Shown here piece by piece: positions 1-9,276 of a stretch of DNA of 27,274 nt. Position numbers and translations under genes: made by a program. The notes under the pieces were generated by a model. It made no database searches. It was not told where the DNA came from and saw only the letters and a program-made list of their open reading frames with translations. Every line of letters begins with the position of its first letter. The first letter of the stretch is position 1. This DNA is from Abditibacteriaceae bacterium (GTDB lineage: Bacteria; Armatimonadota; Abditibacteriia; Abditibacteriales; Abditibacteriaceae), in NCBI GenBank assembly GCA_031372065.1, contig JANMKN010000078.1:1-27274 (forward strand), read 5' to 3'.

Positions 1-330
1 GTTTTAAAGTCATTTTTTTATCGAAACCGAAGCGGGGGACGATAAAAAAATCGGCTTTTGCGCTTAAAAGTGCCCTTTTTAGCTTCCGCACAACGAAATC
101 TGCCTTACCCTCCAACCCAAGTGTCCAGAAACTTCTCATGTGACAGCTTTGGTAACAGCTTCGGCTTTAGGAACGTTTAACCTTTAAACGCGTATACTAC
201 GCCTGTTTTTCCCACACCCGAAACTTGCCTAAAACTGTTTAAAATAAGGCCAAAACGGGCACATTGGGAAAGCAAGCCACAACCAAGTCACAACACTGTT
301 GATTTTTCATTCTCATATAGGAGACAGGCC

Positions 331-1392
331 ATGCCCTCAGCAGAAGCCACTCAGGCAGCGGAAGCGTCATTTGTTGAAACCAAAGAAAACGCGGTTAAAA
401 ACACGAATGGCTCTTCGCAAACGACCCCGGCTACCTCGGCCCTCACCGGCGCCGCAGGCGAAGTTATCATTCAAACCAACAATTTAAGAAAAGTGTATCG
501 CCCCCCTTTTGCCCGCGAAGGCAAAACCGCTTTGCATGACCTTACCATTGATGTGCGACGCGGCGAAATTTTCGGTTTGGTTGGCCCTAACGGATCAGGC
601 AAAACGACCACACTGAAATTGTTGCTTGGCCTTATCAAGCCAACCGCAGGCGATATCAGCGTTTTCGGGCGCGGCCCCTCAGATGTTGCTGTTAAACAGC
701 GCATCGGTTTTTTGCCGGATGGCCCATATTTTTATGATTACCTGAATTCTTACGAAGTGCTGGATTTTTACGGGCGATTGTTCGGCTATTCTGCCGAAGA
801 ACGCGCCCGGCGCTCGGAGAAAATGCTCAATCAGGTCAGTTTGAACCCGGCTGACCGCAAGCGCCCGATTCGCACTTATTCCAAAGGCATGATGCAGCGC
901 GTCGGATTGGCGCAGGCGCTTTTGAACGACCCGGAACTGCTCTTTTTGGATGAACCGACCACCGGCCTTGACCCAATTGGCGCGCGCCAAATGAAAGACG
1001 CGATTTTAGCGGTGCGCGATAGCGGCAAAACAGTTTTGCTCTGCTCGCACTTGTTGGCCGATGTGCAGGCCATTTGTGATCGTGTGGTCATTATTTCCGA
1101 AGGCAAACTGGTAAAATTCGGCACTGTGGCTGAATTGGTGGGCCGCAGCCAGCGTTTTGAAGTTTATGCGGGCAATGTCAGCGAAGCTGCAAAAACCGAG
1201 GCGCGCACCAAGGGCTACCAGTTCGATACGCAAGCGGATGGCGTCGTGGTATTCCACACCAACAGTTCCGATCAATTGGATGAGGTGCTTTCCTTTGTGC
1301 GCGAATCAAAGGCCCAAACGGTGGACGTAAAAGGTTATAGCGAAACGCTGGAAGACGTGTTCGTGCGCAGCGTCAAAAGCGACGGAAGATAA
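331..1392 (+). CDS. ABC transporter ATP-binding protein (ABC-2/PilH-like)
   Basis: Walker A GPNGSGKTT, signature variant YSKGMMQR, Walker B LLFLDE, H-loop CSH; SD AGGAGA upstream of ATG 331. Confidence 0.93.
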   Translation: MPSAEATQAAEASFVETKENAVKNTNGSSQTTPATSALTGAAGEVIIQTNNLRKVYRPPFAREGKTALHDLTIDVRRGEIFGLVGPNGSGKTTTLKLLLGLIKPTAGDISVFGRGPSDVAVKQRIGFLPDGPYFYDYLNSYEVLDFYGRLFGYSAEERARRSEKMLNQVSLNPADRKRPIRTYSKGMMQRVGLAQALLNDPELLFLDEPTTGLDPIGARQMKDAILAVRDSGKTVLLCSHLLADVQAICDRVVIISEGKLVKFGTVAELVGRSQRFEVYAGNVSEAAKTEARTKGYQFDTQADGVVVFHTNSSDQLDEVLSFVRESKAQTVDVKGYSETLEDVFVRSVKSDGR

Positions 1393-1395
1393 ATC

Positions 1396-1456
1396 AAATG
1401 CAGAATGCGGAATGCGCAATGCGGAATTTTCACCACGCATTACGCACTCCGCATTT
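1396..1456. repeat. Heptamer tandem repeat with inverted copy (AATGCRG-like x4 / CGCAT-type x3)
   Basis: aatgcag aatgcgg aatgcgc aatgcgg ... cacgcat tacgcac tccgcat between the ATPase stop and the permease SD. Confidence 0.85.
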
Positions 1457-1466
1457 CAGGAGAACT

Positions 1467-2567
1467 ATGAGTGCTTCATCGGGAACGATTAATTCAAATA
1501 GCATGGGATTGGGTTCAGATCGTATCCAAATTCCCATGAAATGGCGGGCCGGGCAAGCGTTTTTGACCCTTTTGGTCGTGCTTTTGGCGGCTTATTATTA
1601 CACAGTCGGCTGGCAAAGCCCGCCGGGCGAAACCGAAGTGGCAACGCGCACCATATTCGATGGTTTTGGTTTTCTGGTGCTGATTGGCTTGATCTGGCTC
1701 ACCACGCCAACAGCAGGCGTGATTGCGCTGACGACTTTTCAAGAAGCGTTGCGCCGCAAATGGATGAGCGCACTTTTAGGGTTTGGGTTGGTTATCGTTG
1801 GCTTATCCTCGTTTTTCACATGGATGCAGCCCGGCGAAGAGCAGAAATTCCTGCGCGACTTTGGTTTGGGTTTCATCATCATCCTCACGATTTTGATGGC
1901 TATCTTTTTGGGCGTGGCTTTAGTGCCGCCCGAAATTGAGCGCCGCACGATTTTCACGATTCTCTCCAAGCCCGTCACGCGGCAGGAATTTCTCATCGGC
2001 AAGTTTTTGGGTTTGTGCTGGACACTGTTTGTCAACCTCGCGTTGATGAGCATCATGTTCCTGATTTCGTATGCGATTTTCAAAATTCGCATCGAAAAAG
2101 GCTTCGCTCCCGCGATGGAAGCCTCGTCAGGGCATCCCGGATTGATTTTTGATGTAGCGAATCTGTCACGCGCCTTGTTGCTGCATATGGGACAGTTGTC
2201 GGTGTTAGCTGCTCTCTCCCTGATGTTATCGTTGTTTGTGACCAACATTACGGCGATTATTTTCTGTTTCGTGCTGTATTTCGCGGGCAATGCCAGTTCG
2301 TATTTTGAACATTTGGGTGGCCTTGGCAGCGAAAAGCCAGAGGAAGACGATCATCAAACCGCTCATCTTCAAGGACCATTGCAGGGCGTGGTGCGGGCCT
2401 TATATTTCATGCTGCCCCGCCTTGATCGCTTCGATGTGCGCGAACGCTTAGTGAACGATGCGCCCATTGCTTTCAACTATATGTGGAAGGCTATGGGTTC
2501 AGGGTTTACTTATGTGGCGGTGCTTCTGGTCATCGCCTATCTTGTGTTTAGTGATCGCGAGTTCTAA
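1467..2567 (+). CDS. ABC-2 type permease (PilI/NosY-like)
   Basis: Multiple TM segments; EIERRTIFTILSKPVTRQEFLIGKFLG motif; start moved to ATG 1467 (SD AGGAGA) because the ORF-track N-terminus is translated repeat. Confidence 0.88.
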   Translation: MSASSGTINSNSMGLGSDRIQIPMKWRAGQAFLTLLVVLLAAYYYTVGWQSPPGETEVATRTIFDGFGFLVLIGLIWLTTPTAGVIALTTFQEALRRKWMSALLGFGLVIVGLSSFFTWMQPGEEQKFLRDFGLGFIIILTILMAIFLGVALVPPEIERRTIFTILSKPVTRQEFLIGKFLGLCWTLFVNLALMSIMFLISYAIFKIRIEKGFAPAMEASSGHPGLIFDVANLSRALLLHMGQLSVLAALSLMLSLFVTNITAIIFCFVLYFAGNASSYFEHLGGLGSEKPEEDDHQTAHLQGPLQGVVRALYFMLPRLDRFDVRERLVNDAPIAFNYMWKAMGSGFTYVAVLLVIAYLVFSDREF

Positions 2568-2570
2568 TTA

Positions 2571-2612
2571 AGTGAAGAGTGAGAGGTGATGGACTTCTAT
2601 TTTTCACTCTTC
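2571..2612. repeat. Degenerate heptamer repeat/inverted element (AGTGAAG-type)
   Basis: agtgaag agtgaga ggtgatg ... tttcact cttc. Confidence 0.45.
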
Positions 2613-2622
2613 TGGAGTAACC

Positions 2623-4383
2623 ATGACACAAAACAAAATTCTTTTAGGCGGCCTTGGCGTTGCGCTATTGGTCGCTTATAACGGAGCGCAACCGAATCTA
2701 TACGAAATGCGCACTTTGGATTCACAAATGCCATTGGGCAACATTTACTCCAAAGAAAACAGGCCGATAATGCAAAAAATCCGTAAGCAGCGTTATGGGC
2801 CGGGCATGGAATGGCTTGATCGTTTGATGGATGCCAGTTCTGTGGACCTCAAAACCACTCATAAATTGGCACCCAAACTGGACTTTCGCATGATGTCCTC
2901 GCTCATGTTAGCGGGTTTGGCATCGGGTTTTAAAAGTCAGGTGGCGAACCTCCTATGGATGAAATCCGACGAATACTGGCATAAAGGGATGCTGACGCGC
3001 CAGAATCCGATTATGGAAGCCGTCGTCACGCTTGACCCGCAGTTTATTGAAGCGTGGGACACAGCAGGCTGGCATTGGGCCTATAACATTTATGCGGACT
3101 TGCCAAATGAACCGGGGCTGACGATTGCCGACACCATGACATCAGCCGAGAAAAAAAAGCGTGAGCAGGGTTTGCGAGAAAAACAAGACTTAGCCGTTAA
3201 TACCGGTCTTGATTATTATGCGCGCGGCACGCAAATGAACCCCGAAAAATACCTATTGTGGTTCAAATTCGGCTGGACACGCGCCGAAAAAGCCGGTTAC
3301 AACGATGAAGATACAGTCAATCTGTATCGCACTGCCCGCGAACAACCGGACGCGCGCAATCAGGAAATGACAGTTCCTGACCCCAAAAATCCGGGCAAAT
3401 CCATTCAGCAAACCACTCAAGGCATGGACTTGATGGGCCGCACCATTGGTCACGCTTATGAACGGATGCCGAATATCGAAAAAGCACTTGACACTTATGC
3501 CGAGCTTTTGAAAATCAAAGGCAACGAACCCGAAAAGGTAAAGAAGCGTGCTCTGCTGCGCGATGCCGGGCGGTATTGGGCGCGTTATTCAAGTCTTTAC
3601 GACCAAATTCCCGTTGCCTACAACGAAGGCGATGCAGTCACCAAGGCACAGATTCGCAAGCTGATTCCTGATATTGATAAGTTGCTTGCCGCGCAAAAAA
3701 TGCGCGACCAAATGGCAGCATCCATTAAAGGTGAAGGCAGCCAGCCTACAGGCGCCTATGTTTCGATTTGTGCCCGTTACCTGCCCGCCTGGGAATTGTG
3801 GCAAGCGGGAAAATTAGACGAAGCCGCGCAATTGCTCGTAGGCGTAGTGAATGCTGATCCGCAGTATCACCTGCAAGGCTGGCCTGTCATGGCGCAAATT
3901 CTCGAAATGAAAGGCGACGCACCCGCCGTTATTGCCGCCGAACGCAAAGAACAACAAGGTTACGAGAACGAGTCGTCACAAGAAATGGGTCTGCATATGC
4001 TGGCTAAGATTTTCGAGGCCAAAGCCGCCAAAGAAACCGATCCCGCGCGCCAAAAAGCCTGCAATCGCATCGCTTATGAAATGTGGTATCGCGCCCGCGA
4101 ACGCGATACGCTCAACTTTCAAGCGCGCCGCATGACCTTGCAATTCGAAGATAAATACCACTTCCCGACACCGTATCGCATTATCAAGCAAGTCACCGAT
4201 TCGCGTCAAAAAGGTGGCGGCGTGAGCGCCCAGCCCGACAGTGTGCCCAAAGTGGAAGATTTCATTAACCGGCCAGCCGACGCGGAACCCGCTCCCAAAT
4301 CCGCAACAGTAGTGCGCACAGCGGCTCCGACAGGAAGCGCCATGCCCAACGCCACATCGGTAAAAGACGAACACAACCACTAA
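2623..4383 (+). CDS. Membrane-anchored/secreted helical (TPR-like) protein, possible PilG-like ABC accessory subunit
   Basis: 586 aa; N-terminal hydrophobic segment; SD GGAG; LLWMKSDEYWH...VTLDPQFIEAW...AYN and G..MNPEKY.LWF..GW helical repeats; co-oriented with the ABC pair. Confidence 0.6.
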   Translation: MTQNKILLGGLGVALLVAYNGAQPNLYEMRTLDSQMPLGNIYSKENRPIMQKIRKQRYGPGMEWLDRLMDASSVDLKTTHKLAPKLDFRMMSSLMLAGLASGFKSQVANLLWMKSDEYWHKGMLTRQNPIMEAVVTLDPQFIEAWDTAGWHWAYNIYADLPNEPGLTIADTMTSAEKKKREQGLREKQDLAVNTGLDYYARGTQMNPEKYLLWFKFGWTRAEKAGYNDEDTVNLYRTAREQPDARNQEMTVPDPKNPGKSIQQTTQGMDLMGRTIGHAYERMPNIEKALDTYAELLKIKGNEPEKVKKRALLRDAGRYWARYSSLYDQIPVAYNEGDAVTKAQIRKLIPDIDKLLAAQKMRDQMAASIKGEGSQPTGAYVSICARYLPAWELWQAGKLDEAAQLLVGVVNADPQYHLQGWPVMAQILEMKGDAPAVIAAERKEQQGYENESSQEMGLHMLAKIFEAKAAKETDPARQKACNRIAYEMWYRARERDTLNFQARRMTLQFEDKYHFPTPYRIIKQVTDSRQKGGGVSAQPDSVPKVEDFINRPADAEPAPKSATVVRTAAPTGSAMPNATSVKDEHNH

Positions 4384-4390
4384 GCAAAAG

Positions 4391-4438
4391 ACAGACAAAG
4401 AGCCGGAAGTATTGAAATGCTTCCGGCTCTTTGTTTGT
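4391..4438 (+). terminator. Intrinsic terminator after the ABC operon
   Basis: acaaagagccggaag...cttccggctctttgt stem with T-rich 3' arm just after TAA 4383. Confidence 0.8.
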
Positions 4439-4557
4439 GGGTAGCTATCGCACCAAATCAATGAGAAAAACGGCGACTATAGACATAATTCATTCGCTTA
4501 AAGGATGAAAACCCTCACAATTTCACCTATCCTTTAAGACGAGATTTCCCTTTTGCG

Positions 4558-6336
4558 ATGCGCAAATTTTCCTCAAACAACGAGACTATAGAGAACGACA
4601 ATGTTGCCAACGCCAATGCTCCTTATCGCATGGCGTTGTGGGGCTTAGGTTACGGCCTCCTTTTTCCGCTTATCGGCACCCTCATTGAGTGCGCTCGTAG
4701 CGGGCCACTGTCTGCGGGCAACTTGTGGAACGTTCAAATCCAGACACCATTGTTGTGGATTCTTGATCTCGCGCCGATTGTGATGGCTTCGGCAGGCTAC
4801 ATGGTGAAATTGCCGCCCGTGCATTTTCGCGCCTCACGCCAAAGCCGTCTGCTGCCACTTTATTTGATACTGTTTACCATGATGCCGCTAACGATTCTAT
4901 TGTATGCGTTGAATCAAAAATACTTGGCGGATCATTACTTTGAGGACATCAAACAAGTCGGCTGGCTCCGTTCGCAAACGTTGTGGTTGCATGGCGCCAG
5001 ACAGGCTAATTTGAAATTCAACTATAAACTCGCCTTTGGCAAATTAGATAAAGGTCGCGAGGAATTGCGTCGTATTTATCCGGAACAAATATCGTTGGGT
5101 GATCAGGACTGGCTGCAATTCAAAGGTGAACTGCTCCGCACCGGAAAAACGCAATGGAAAAGTATTGAGCGGGTGCGTCGAAACCTTGAAACCTTGGCTA
5201 ACCACGTCGAAAGAGACGGGCATTCTCAAAGCGCCCATACCGAGCGCTGGATGTTGCTTGGTGTGTTGAGTATGGTTTTCTCAATGCTTCTTGCGTTTGC
5301 CATTTTACAACGCTTACGGCAAACCGAAATTGCCTTGCACGATGCTCAGGAACGTTTTTCTTCCTTTATGAATAACAGCCCGGCGGTGGCTTATATCAAA
5401 GACGCCAAGGGCCGCTATGTTTATGTGAACCAGCCTTTTGAAAAGCACTTTAATGCCAACGAAGAAAAATGGCTGGGCAAAACTGATCACGATTTGTGGC
5501 CGCCCGAACTCGCGGGGCAAATGCACGAGCAAGACGAAATTGTTTTGCGCCGGCGACAGCCCGTCAACCAAGAACAAATCGCTTTTACCAGCGGTGGCAC
5601 GCCGCAATACTGGCTCAGTTTCAAATTTCCTTTAAAAGATTCAGGCGGCAATCATTATGTGGCCGGACTGTCGCTGGAAATTTCCGAGCGGCGGCGCGCT
5701 GAACAGAAAATCGTTGAGCAAACGCGCCAATTGGCCGAAGCGAATAACAAATTGGCACAGGCCAACTCGCAGCTTTCACAAGTCAACGGCCAACTGGAAA
5801 CACTTAGCATTACTGATGCGCTAACCGGCTTGCGTAATCGCCGCGCCTTCATAGACCGCCTGGCGGAAGAACATATGCGTGTGCAACGACACGGCACGCC
5901 TTTGTCGCTGATGATGATGGACGTAGATAAATTCAAGCAATACAACGACAGTTTCGGGCATCCAGCAGGAGATGAGGTGCTGCGCGGTGTTGCGCATATT
6001 CTCACCGAAACAGCGCGCTCCATTGACATTGTCGCGCGCTATGGTGGCGAAGAATTTTCGATTATTTTGCCGAATACAGCTCGCGAAGGTGCGATTACCT
6101 TGGCCGAACGATTTCGCGTGCGCATTGCGCAAGCCCAGTGGCCGCATCGCGCAGTCACGGCCAGCATAGGAGTCGCCACATTTTATCCGACTCCGCCCGA
6201 CCACAATCCTCTCCTACCCGACTGCACGCCCGAAAGTCTGATTTCTATCGCCGACGAAGCCCTTTATGTCGCTAAAGCCAGCGGGCGCAATCGCGTTATT
6301 CACGCTTCGCCGATGGAAAAAGTCACAGAACCCTAA
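4558..6336 (+). CDS. Membrane-bound sensor diguanylate cyclase (TM sensor - PAS - coiled coil - GGDEF)
   Basis: TDALTGLRNRR, DVDKFKQYNDSFGHPAGD, ARYGGEEF, I-site RSID; PAS (FMNNSPAVAYIKDAKGRYVYVN); about 4 N-terminal TM segments. Confidence 0.95.
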   Translation: MRKFSSNNETIENDNVANANAPYRMALWGLGYGLLFPLIGTLIECARSGPLSAGNLWNVQIQTPLLWILDLAPIVMASAGYMVKLPPVHFRASRQSRLLPLYLILFTMMPLTILLYALNQKYLADHYFEDIKQVGWLRSQTLWLHGARQANLKFNYKLAFGKLDKGREELRRIYPEQISLGDQDWLQFKGELLRTGKTQWKSIERVRRNLETLANHVERDGHSQSAHTERWMLLGVLSMVFSMLLAFAILQRLRQTEIALHDAQERFSSFMNNSPAVAYIKDAKGRYVYVNQPFEKHFNANEEKWLGKTDHDLWPPELAGQMHEQDEIVLRRRQPVNQEQIAFTSGGTPQYWLSFKFPLKDSGGNHYVAGLSLEISERRRAEQKIVEQTRQLAEANNKLAQANSQLSQVNGQLETLSITDALTGLRNRRAFIDRLAEEHMRVQRHGTPLSLMMMDVDKFKQYNDSFGHPAGDEVLRGVAHILTETARSIDIVARYGGEEFSIILPNTAREGAITLAERFRVRIAQAQWPHRAVTASIGVATFYPTPPDHNPLLPDCTPESLISIADEALYVAKASGRNRVIHASPMEKVTEP

Positions 6337-6380
6337 TAATCAGTTTGAAAAGTCTTATTCGAGGCGAAAAAGAGGCATTT

Positions 6381-6470
6381 TGTCATCCTGAGCCTGCCCA
6401 GAGGGCGCCCGAAGGATCTCTGCAAAATAGGTGCAGTTACGCCGAGTTCCTTCGCAAGCTCAGGATGACA
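6381..6470. repeat. REP/palindromic element between convergent genes
   Basis: Perfect 13-bp terminal IR tgtcatcctgagc/gctcaggatgaca plus inner IR cgaaggatctc/gagttccttcg. Confidence 0.85.
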
Positions 6471-6522
6471 TCTCTTCTGTTTTTGCTCAATTCTCATGCT
6501 TTTGAGACTTTTCAAACTGACT

Positions 6523-7632
6523 CTAAGAATCCAATTCGCCCTCTTGCAAGCCCAGAGGGAACATGGCCGGGCGCTCGCAAGTGCTTTCGATTTCTATGTG
6601 ACGACCTTGCACGCTGGCATCGTGAAAGGCGTGCATTAAATCGAGCGCGTGATAAGCGACGCGTTCGTTGCAACGATGATCGCGTCCGGTTTGCATGGCG
6701 AGTGCCATATCCGCCATGCCGATGCCGCGCGCGTTTTGCGTGTAGACGTGCGTAAGTTCGACATCTTGCCACTCGCTGTCGCCGGGCTTGCGCAGTTTCA
6801 CTTCGCCGCCGAACGTGTTCGGGTCCGGCACCATCAGCGAACCTTCGGTGCCGTAAACCTCAAGGCGTGGCAGATTGTGGCTCCACATATCGAAGCTCAT
6901 CAAAATGTTGGCGATGGCGCCATTTTGAAAATCCATCACACCCGCGATGTGAGTTGGCACGTCCACTTGGATTTTCGTGCCATTCAAAGGCTCGCTGGTA
7001 ATAGTGCGTTCGGGAAACGTGATGCGCGCCGAGCCGGTCACGCAGCGCACCGGGCCGATCATGTTGATGAGTGCTGTCAGATAATACGGCCCCATATCGA
7101 ACATCGGGCCGCCGCCGACTTTGTAATAAAAGTCCGGCGCCGGATGCCAACTTTCGTGCCCGTGCCCGGCCATAAAGGCCACCGCCGCGATAGGAGTGCC
7201 AATGACGCCTTCGTCAATCAGTTTGCGGCAGGTTTGATGGCCGCCACCCAAAAACGTATCTGGCGCGCTGCCCACGCGAAGGCCCTTTTCGTTGGCTAAA
7301 GCAATAACTTTTTGCGCTTCTTCGCGAGTGACAGTAAACGGCTTTTCGGTGTAAACGCTTTTGCCGTTTTCCAGCGCGGCCAGCATAATCGGGCCATGCG
7401 CTTGGGGAATAGTGAGGTTAATCACGAAACCGATTTCTGGGTCGGCCAAAAGCTCGTCCACGCTGCACGCTTTGGGAATATCGAATTCCTGCGCGCTGGC
7501 TTTGGCGCGCTCTAAATCAAGATCGGCACACCCCACAATGTCGAAGAAGTTGAAAGTCTTATTGGTGTTGAAATAAGCGCCGCTAATTTTGCCGCAGCCA
7601 ATGACGCCCACTTTGGTTTGCTTATCGTTCAT
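6523..7632 (-). CDS. Gfo/Idh/MocA family NAD(P)-dependent oxidoreductase
   Basis: Rossmann [14 protein letters not shown] motif, [12 protein letters not shown]; start at ATG 7632, just after the ThuA stop. Confidence 0.93.
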   Translation of the reverse strand: MNDKQTKVGVIGCGKISGAYFNTNKTFNFFDIVGCADLDLERAKASAQEFDIPKACSVDELLADPEIGFVINLTIPQAHGPIMLAALENGKSVYTEKPFTVTREEAQKVIALANEKGLRVGSAPDTFLGGGHQTCRKLIDEGVIGTPIAAVAFMAGHGHESWHPAPDFYYKVGGGPMFDMGPYYLTALINMIGPVRCVTGSARITFPERTITSEPLNGTKIQVDVPTHIAGVMDFQNGAIANILMSFDMWSHNLPRLEVYGTEGSLMVPDPNTFGGEVKLRKPGDSEWQDVELTHVYTQNARGIGMADMALAMQTGRDHRCNERVAYHALDLMHAFHDASVQGRHIEIESTCERPAMFPLGLQEGELDS

Positions 7633-7637
7633 GTTGA

Positions 7638-8291
7638 TTAATCCCGCGCAGCCCACAACATACCGCGCTGCATGATGGTTTTCATTTCGGGCACATCGAA
7701 ATCGGCGGCGTCATGGCCGAGTGACGAATAAAACACATCGCCCGCGCCCCATTTGCGCTTCCACACAACGGGCATAACCGTTCCGGCCACCCACAGCACA
7801 TCGCCCTGCGTGCCGTCGAAAGTTGTCGTCGCCAGCACTTTATTGCCCGGATCGGTGTGCATATAATACTGCTCGGAATTGACCTCAAAATCGGCGATGC
7901 CGACAGTAATCGGGTCTTCGTGGTCGGTGACGTTGACCGTGTATCGCATGATGTTGCCCGGATGCGCGACCCATTGGCCGCCAGTCATAAATTGATAGCC
8001 CGTGGAGTTGCGAAACGAATCGCACATTCCTCCGTGAAAACCGGCCAAACCAACGCCGCTTTTGACAGCATCCAGCAAGCCTTTTTCCTGTTCGCCCGCA
8101 ATCGTGCCCATTGTCCAAATCGGCACGATGAGACTGAGCGCTGCCATGTAATCGCGCTCCAAATACACATCCATCGTGTCGGAAACGCGCACCTCAAAAC
8201 CGCTTTCCTGCAAAAACGGCGCAAAAAGTTCTGCGCACTGTTTGGGCTGATGGCCTTCCCAGCCGCCCCACACAATTAAAGCCTCTCGCAT
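7638..8291 (-). CDS. ThuA-like (trehalose utilisation, GATase-like fold) protein
   Basis: [54 protein letters not shown]. Confidence 0.88.
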   Translation of the reverse strand: MREALIVWGGWEGHQPKQCAELFAPFLQESGFEVRVSDTMDVYLERDYMAALSLIVPIWTMGTIAGEQEKGLLDAVKSGVGLAGFHGGMCDSFRNSTGYQFMTGGQWVAHPGNIMRYTVNVTDHEDPITVGIADFEVNSEQYYMHTDPGNKVLATTTFDGTQGDVLWVAGTVMPVVWKRKWGAGDVFYSSLGHDAADFDVPEMKTIMQRGMLWAARD

Positions 8292-8434
8292 TCAATTCTC
8301 CTGATTCTCTTGACTAAGTCTTTTGGTTACATCCTAAAGGTTATCGCAAAAAACTGAGTTGGGCATAGGCTTTGCTTGCTATAGATATCGCCTCAAATGA
8401 ATCGTGAAAAAGAATCATTTCCTTTCAGTGCACC

Positions 8435-8460
8435 AATCAAAAGTGAATCAAAGGTGAACA
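8435..8460. promoter_or_regulatory. 11-bp direct repeat in divergent promoter region, candidate regulator site
   Basis: aatcaaaagtg aatcaaaggtg aaca. Confidence 0.4.
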
Positions 8461-8541
8461 AGACAGGCAACATAGCGTCAGATTCGCTCACAGTTCAGAT
8501 TGACAAGTGTCAGACTTGCAATCAAAACAGGAGAAACTCTC

Positions 8542-9180
8542 ATGAAAACAATTAAAGCAAATCGCATTGCAGTCGTCGTGGCTGCCCTCGGACTGACCGC
8601 TGCCCCATTTTTGAGCGGCGTGGCTGAGGCCAAAGAACACAACAAGGGCCATCACGATAATGGCAAGCACCTGGGTTGGGACAAGGGCAAAGGCAACAAG
8701 CACAGTGACGAGGACAGAAATTGGAATCGTGATGATGAGCGTCGCACATGGCGCCCCACGACATCCAAGCGTAAAACCGTTCGTGAGCATTGGACGAAGG
8801 GGCGACCCACCAACAGCCGGCCTACGTATCGTCCCACCAGCACCAGCTGGCGTCTGAACAATACACGGCCCTTTGGCACCAAAGCCAGCGCCGAGCGCGC
8901 CGCTGCATTGCGCCGCCAGTTGGGTTATCGCACTTCTGTGGTGTGGAACCCCAGTCGCCGTGTTTATGAAGTCCGTGAATACCACAATCCGACGTCGCGT
9001 CGCACTGATCCGCGTCGCACCAATCCAGTCTCGTCCAGTAACTTGATTGGCACCCACTATTACTCGACACAGGCCAGCGCTGCGGCTGGGGTGCGTTTTG
9101 CTCAAGCCAAGGGTTACCGCGCGACCTCGACTTATAACCGCTCTCAAAACCGCTGGATTGTGCGCGTTTATTCGCGCTAA
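8542..9180 (+). CDS. Secreted basic hypothetical protein with two SPOR-like modules
   Basis: SD AGGAGA; signal peptide ending AEA; His/Gly/Lys-rich segment; internal repeat FGTKASA...LGY..V / YSTQASA...KGY..V. Confidence 0.75.
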   Translation: MKTIKANRIAVVVAALGLTAAPFLSGVAEAKEHNKGHHDNGKHLGWDKGKGNKHSDEDRNWNRDDERRTWRPTTSKRKTVREHWTKGRPTNSRPTYRPTSTSWRLNNTRPFGTKASAERAAALRRQLGYRTSVVWNPSRRVYEVREYHNPTSRRTDPRRTNPVSSSNLIGTHYYSTQASAAAGVRFAQAKGYRATSTYNRSQNRWIVRVYSR

Positions 9181-9207
9181 GGCTTAAGCACAAGCGCGCA
9201 TATTGCT

Positions 9208-9248
9208 AAAAACAAGGGCCAATCTTTATGATTGGCCCTTGTTTTTTT
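9208..9248 (+). terminator. Intrinsic (possibly bidirectional) terminator
   Basis: aaaaacaagggccaatc-tttat-gattggcccttgttttttt. Confidence 0.9.
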
Positions 9249-9260
9249 GTTTGACTTCCT

Positions 9261-9270
9261 TGCTACACTG
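9261..9270 (+). promoter_or_regulatory. Extended -10 box (TGcTACACT) for a leaderless argC transcript
   Basis: TGCTACACTG then 6 nt then ATG 9277; no SD; directly after a terminator. Confidence 0.6.
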
Positions 9271-9276
9271 CCGGTC

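Noticed and set aside
12..190. Inverted repeat at 12-51 and 12-bp direct repeat gtgacagctttg/gtaacagcttcg at 140-163; considered as riboswitch or operator
   Set aside because: Short, largely A/T-run based, no recognisable riboswitch consensus, and upstream context is cut off
1398..1466. ORF-track N-terminal extension of the permease (likewise galK 16190-16243, argC 9232-9276 and 25129-25170)
   Set aside because: These are translations of repeat hairpins or terminators; better starts lie downstream
6345..6772. Short ORFs around the palindromic element
   Set aside because: They run through the palindrome or overlap the oxidoreductase and show no recognisable motifs
8488..9147. 219-aa minus-strand ORF
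   Set aside because: Antisense shadow of the secreted protein, which has an SD, signal peptide and terminator
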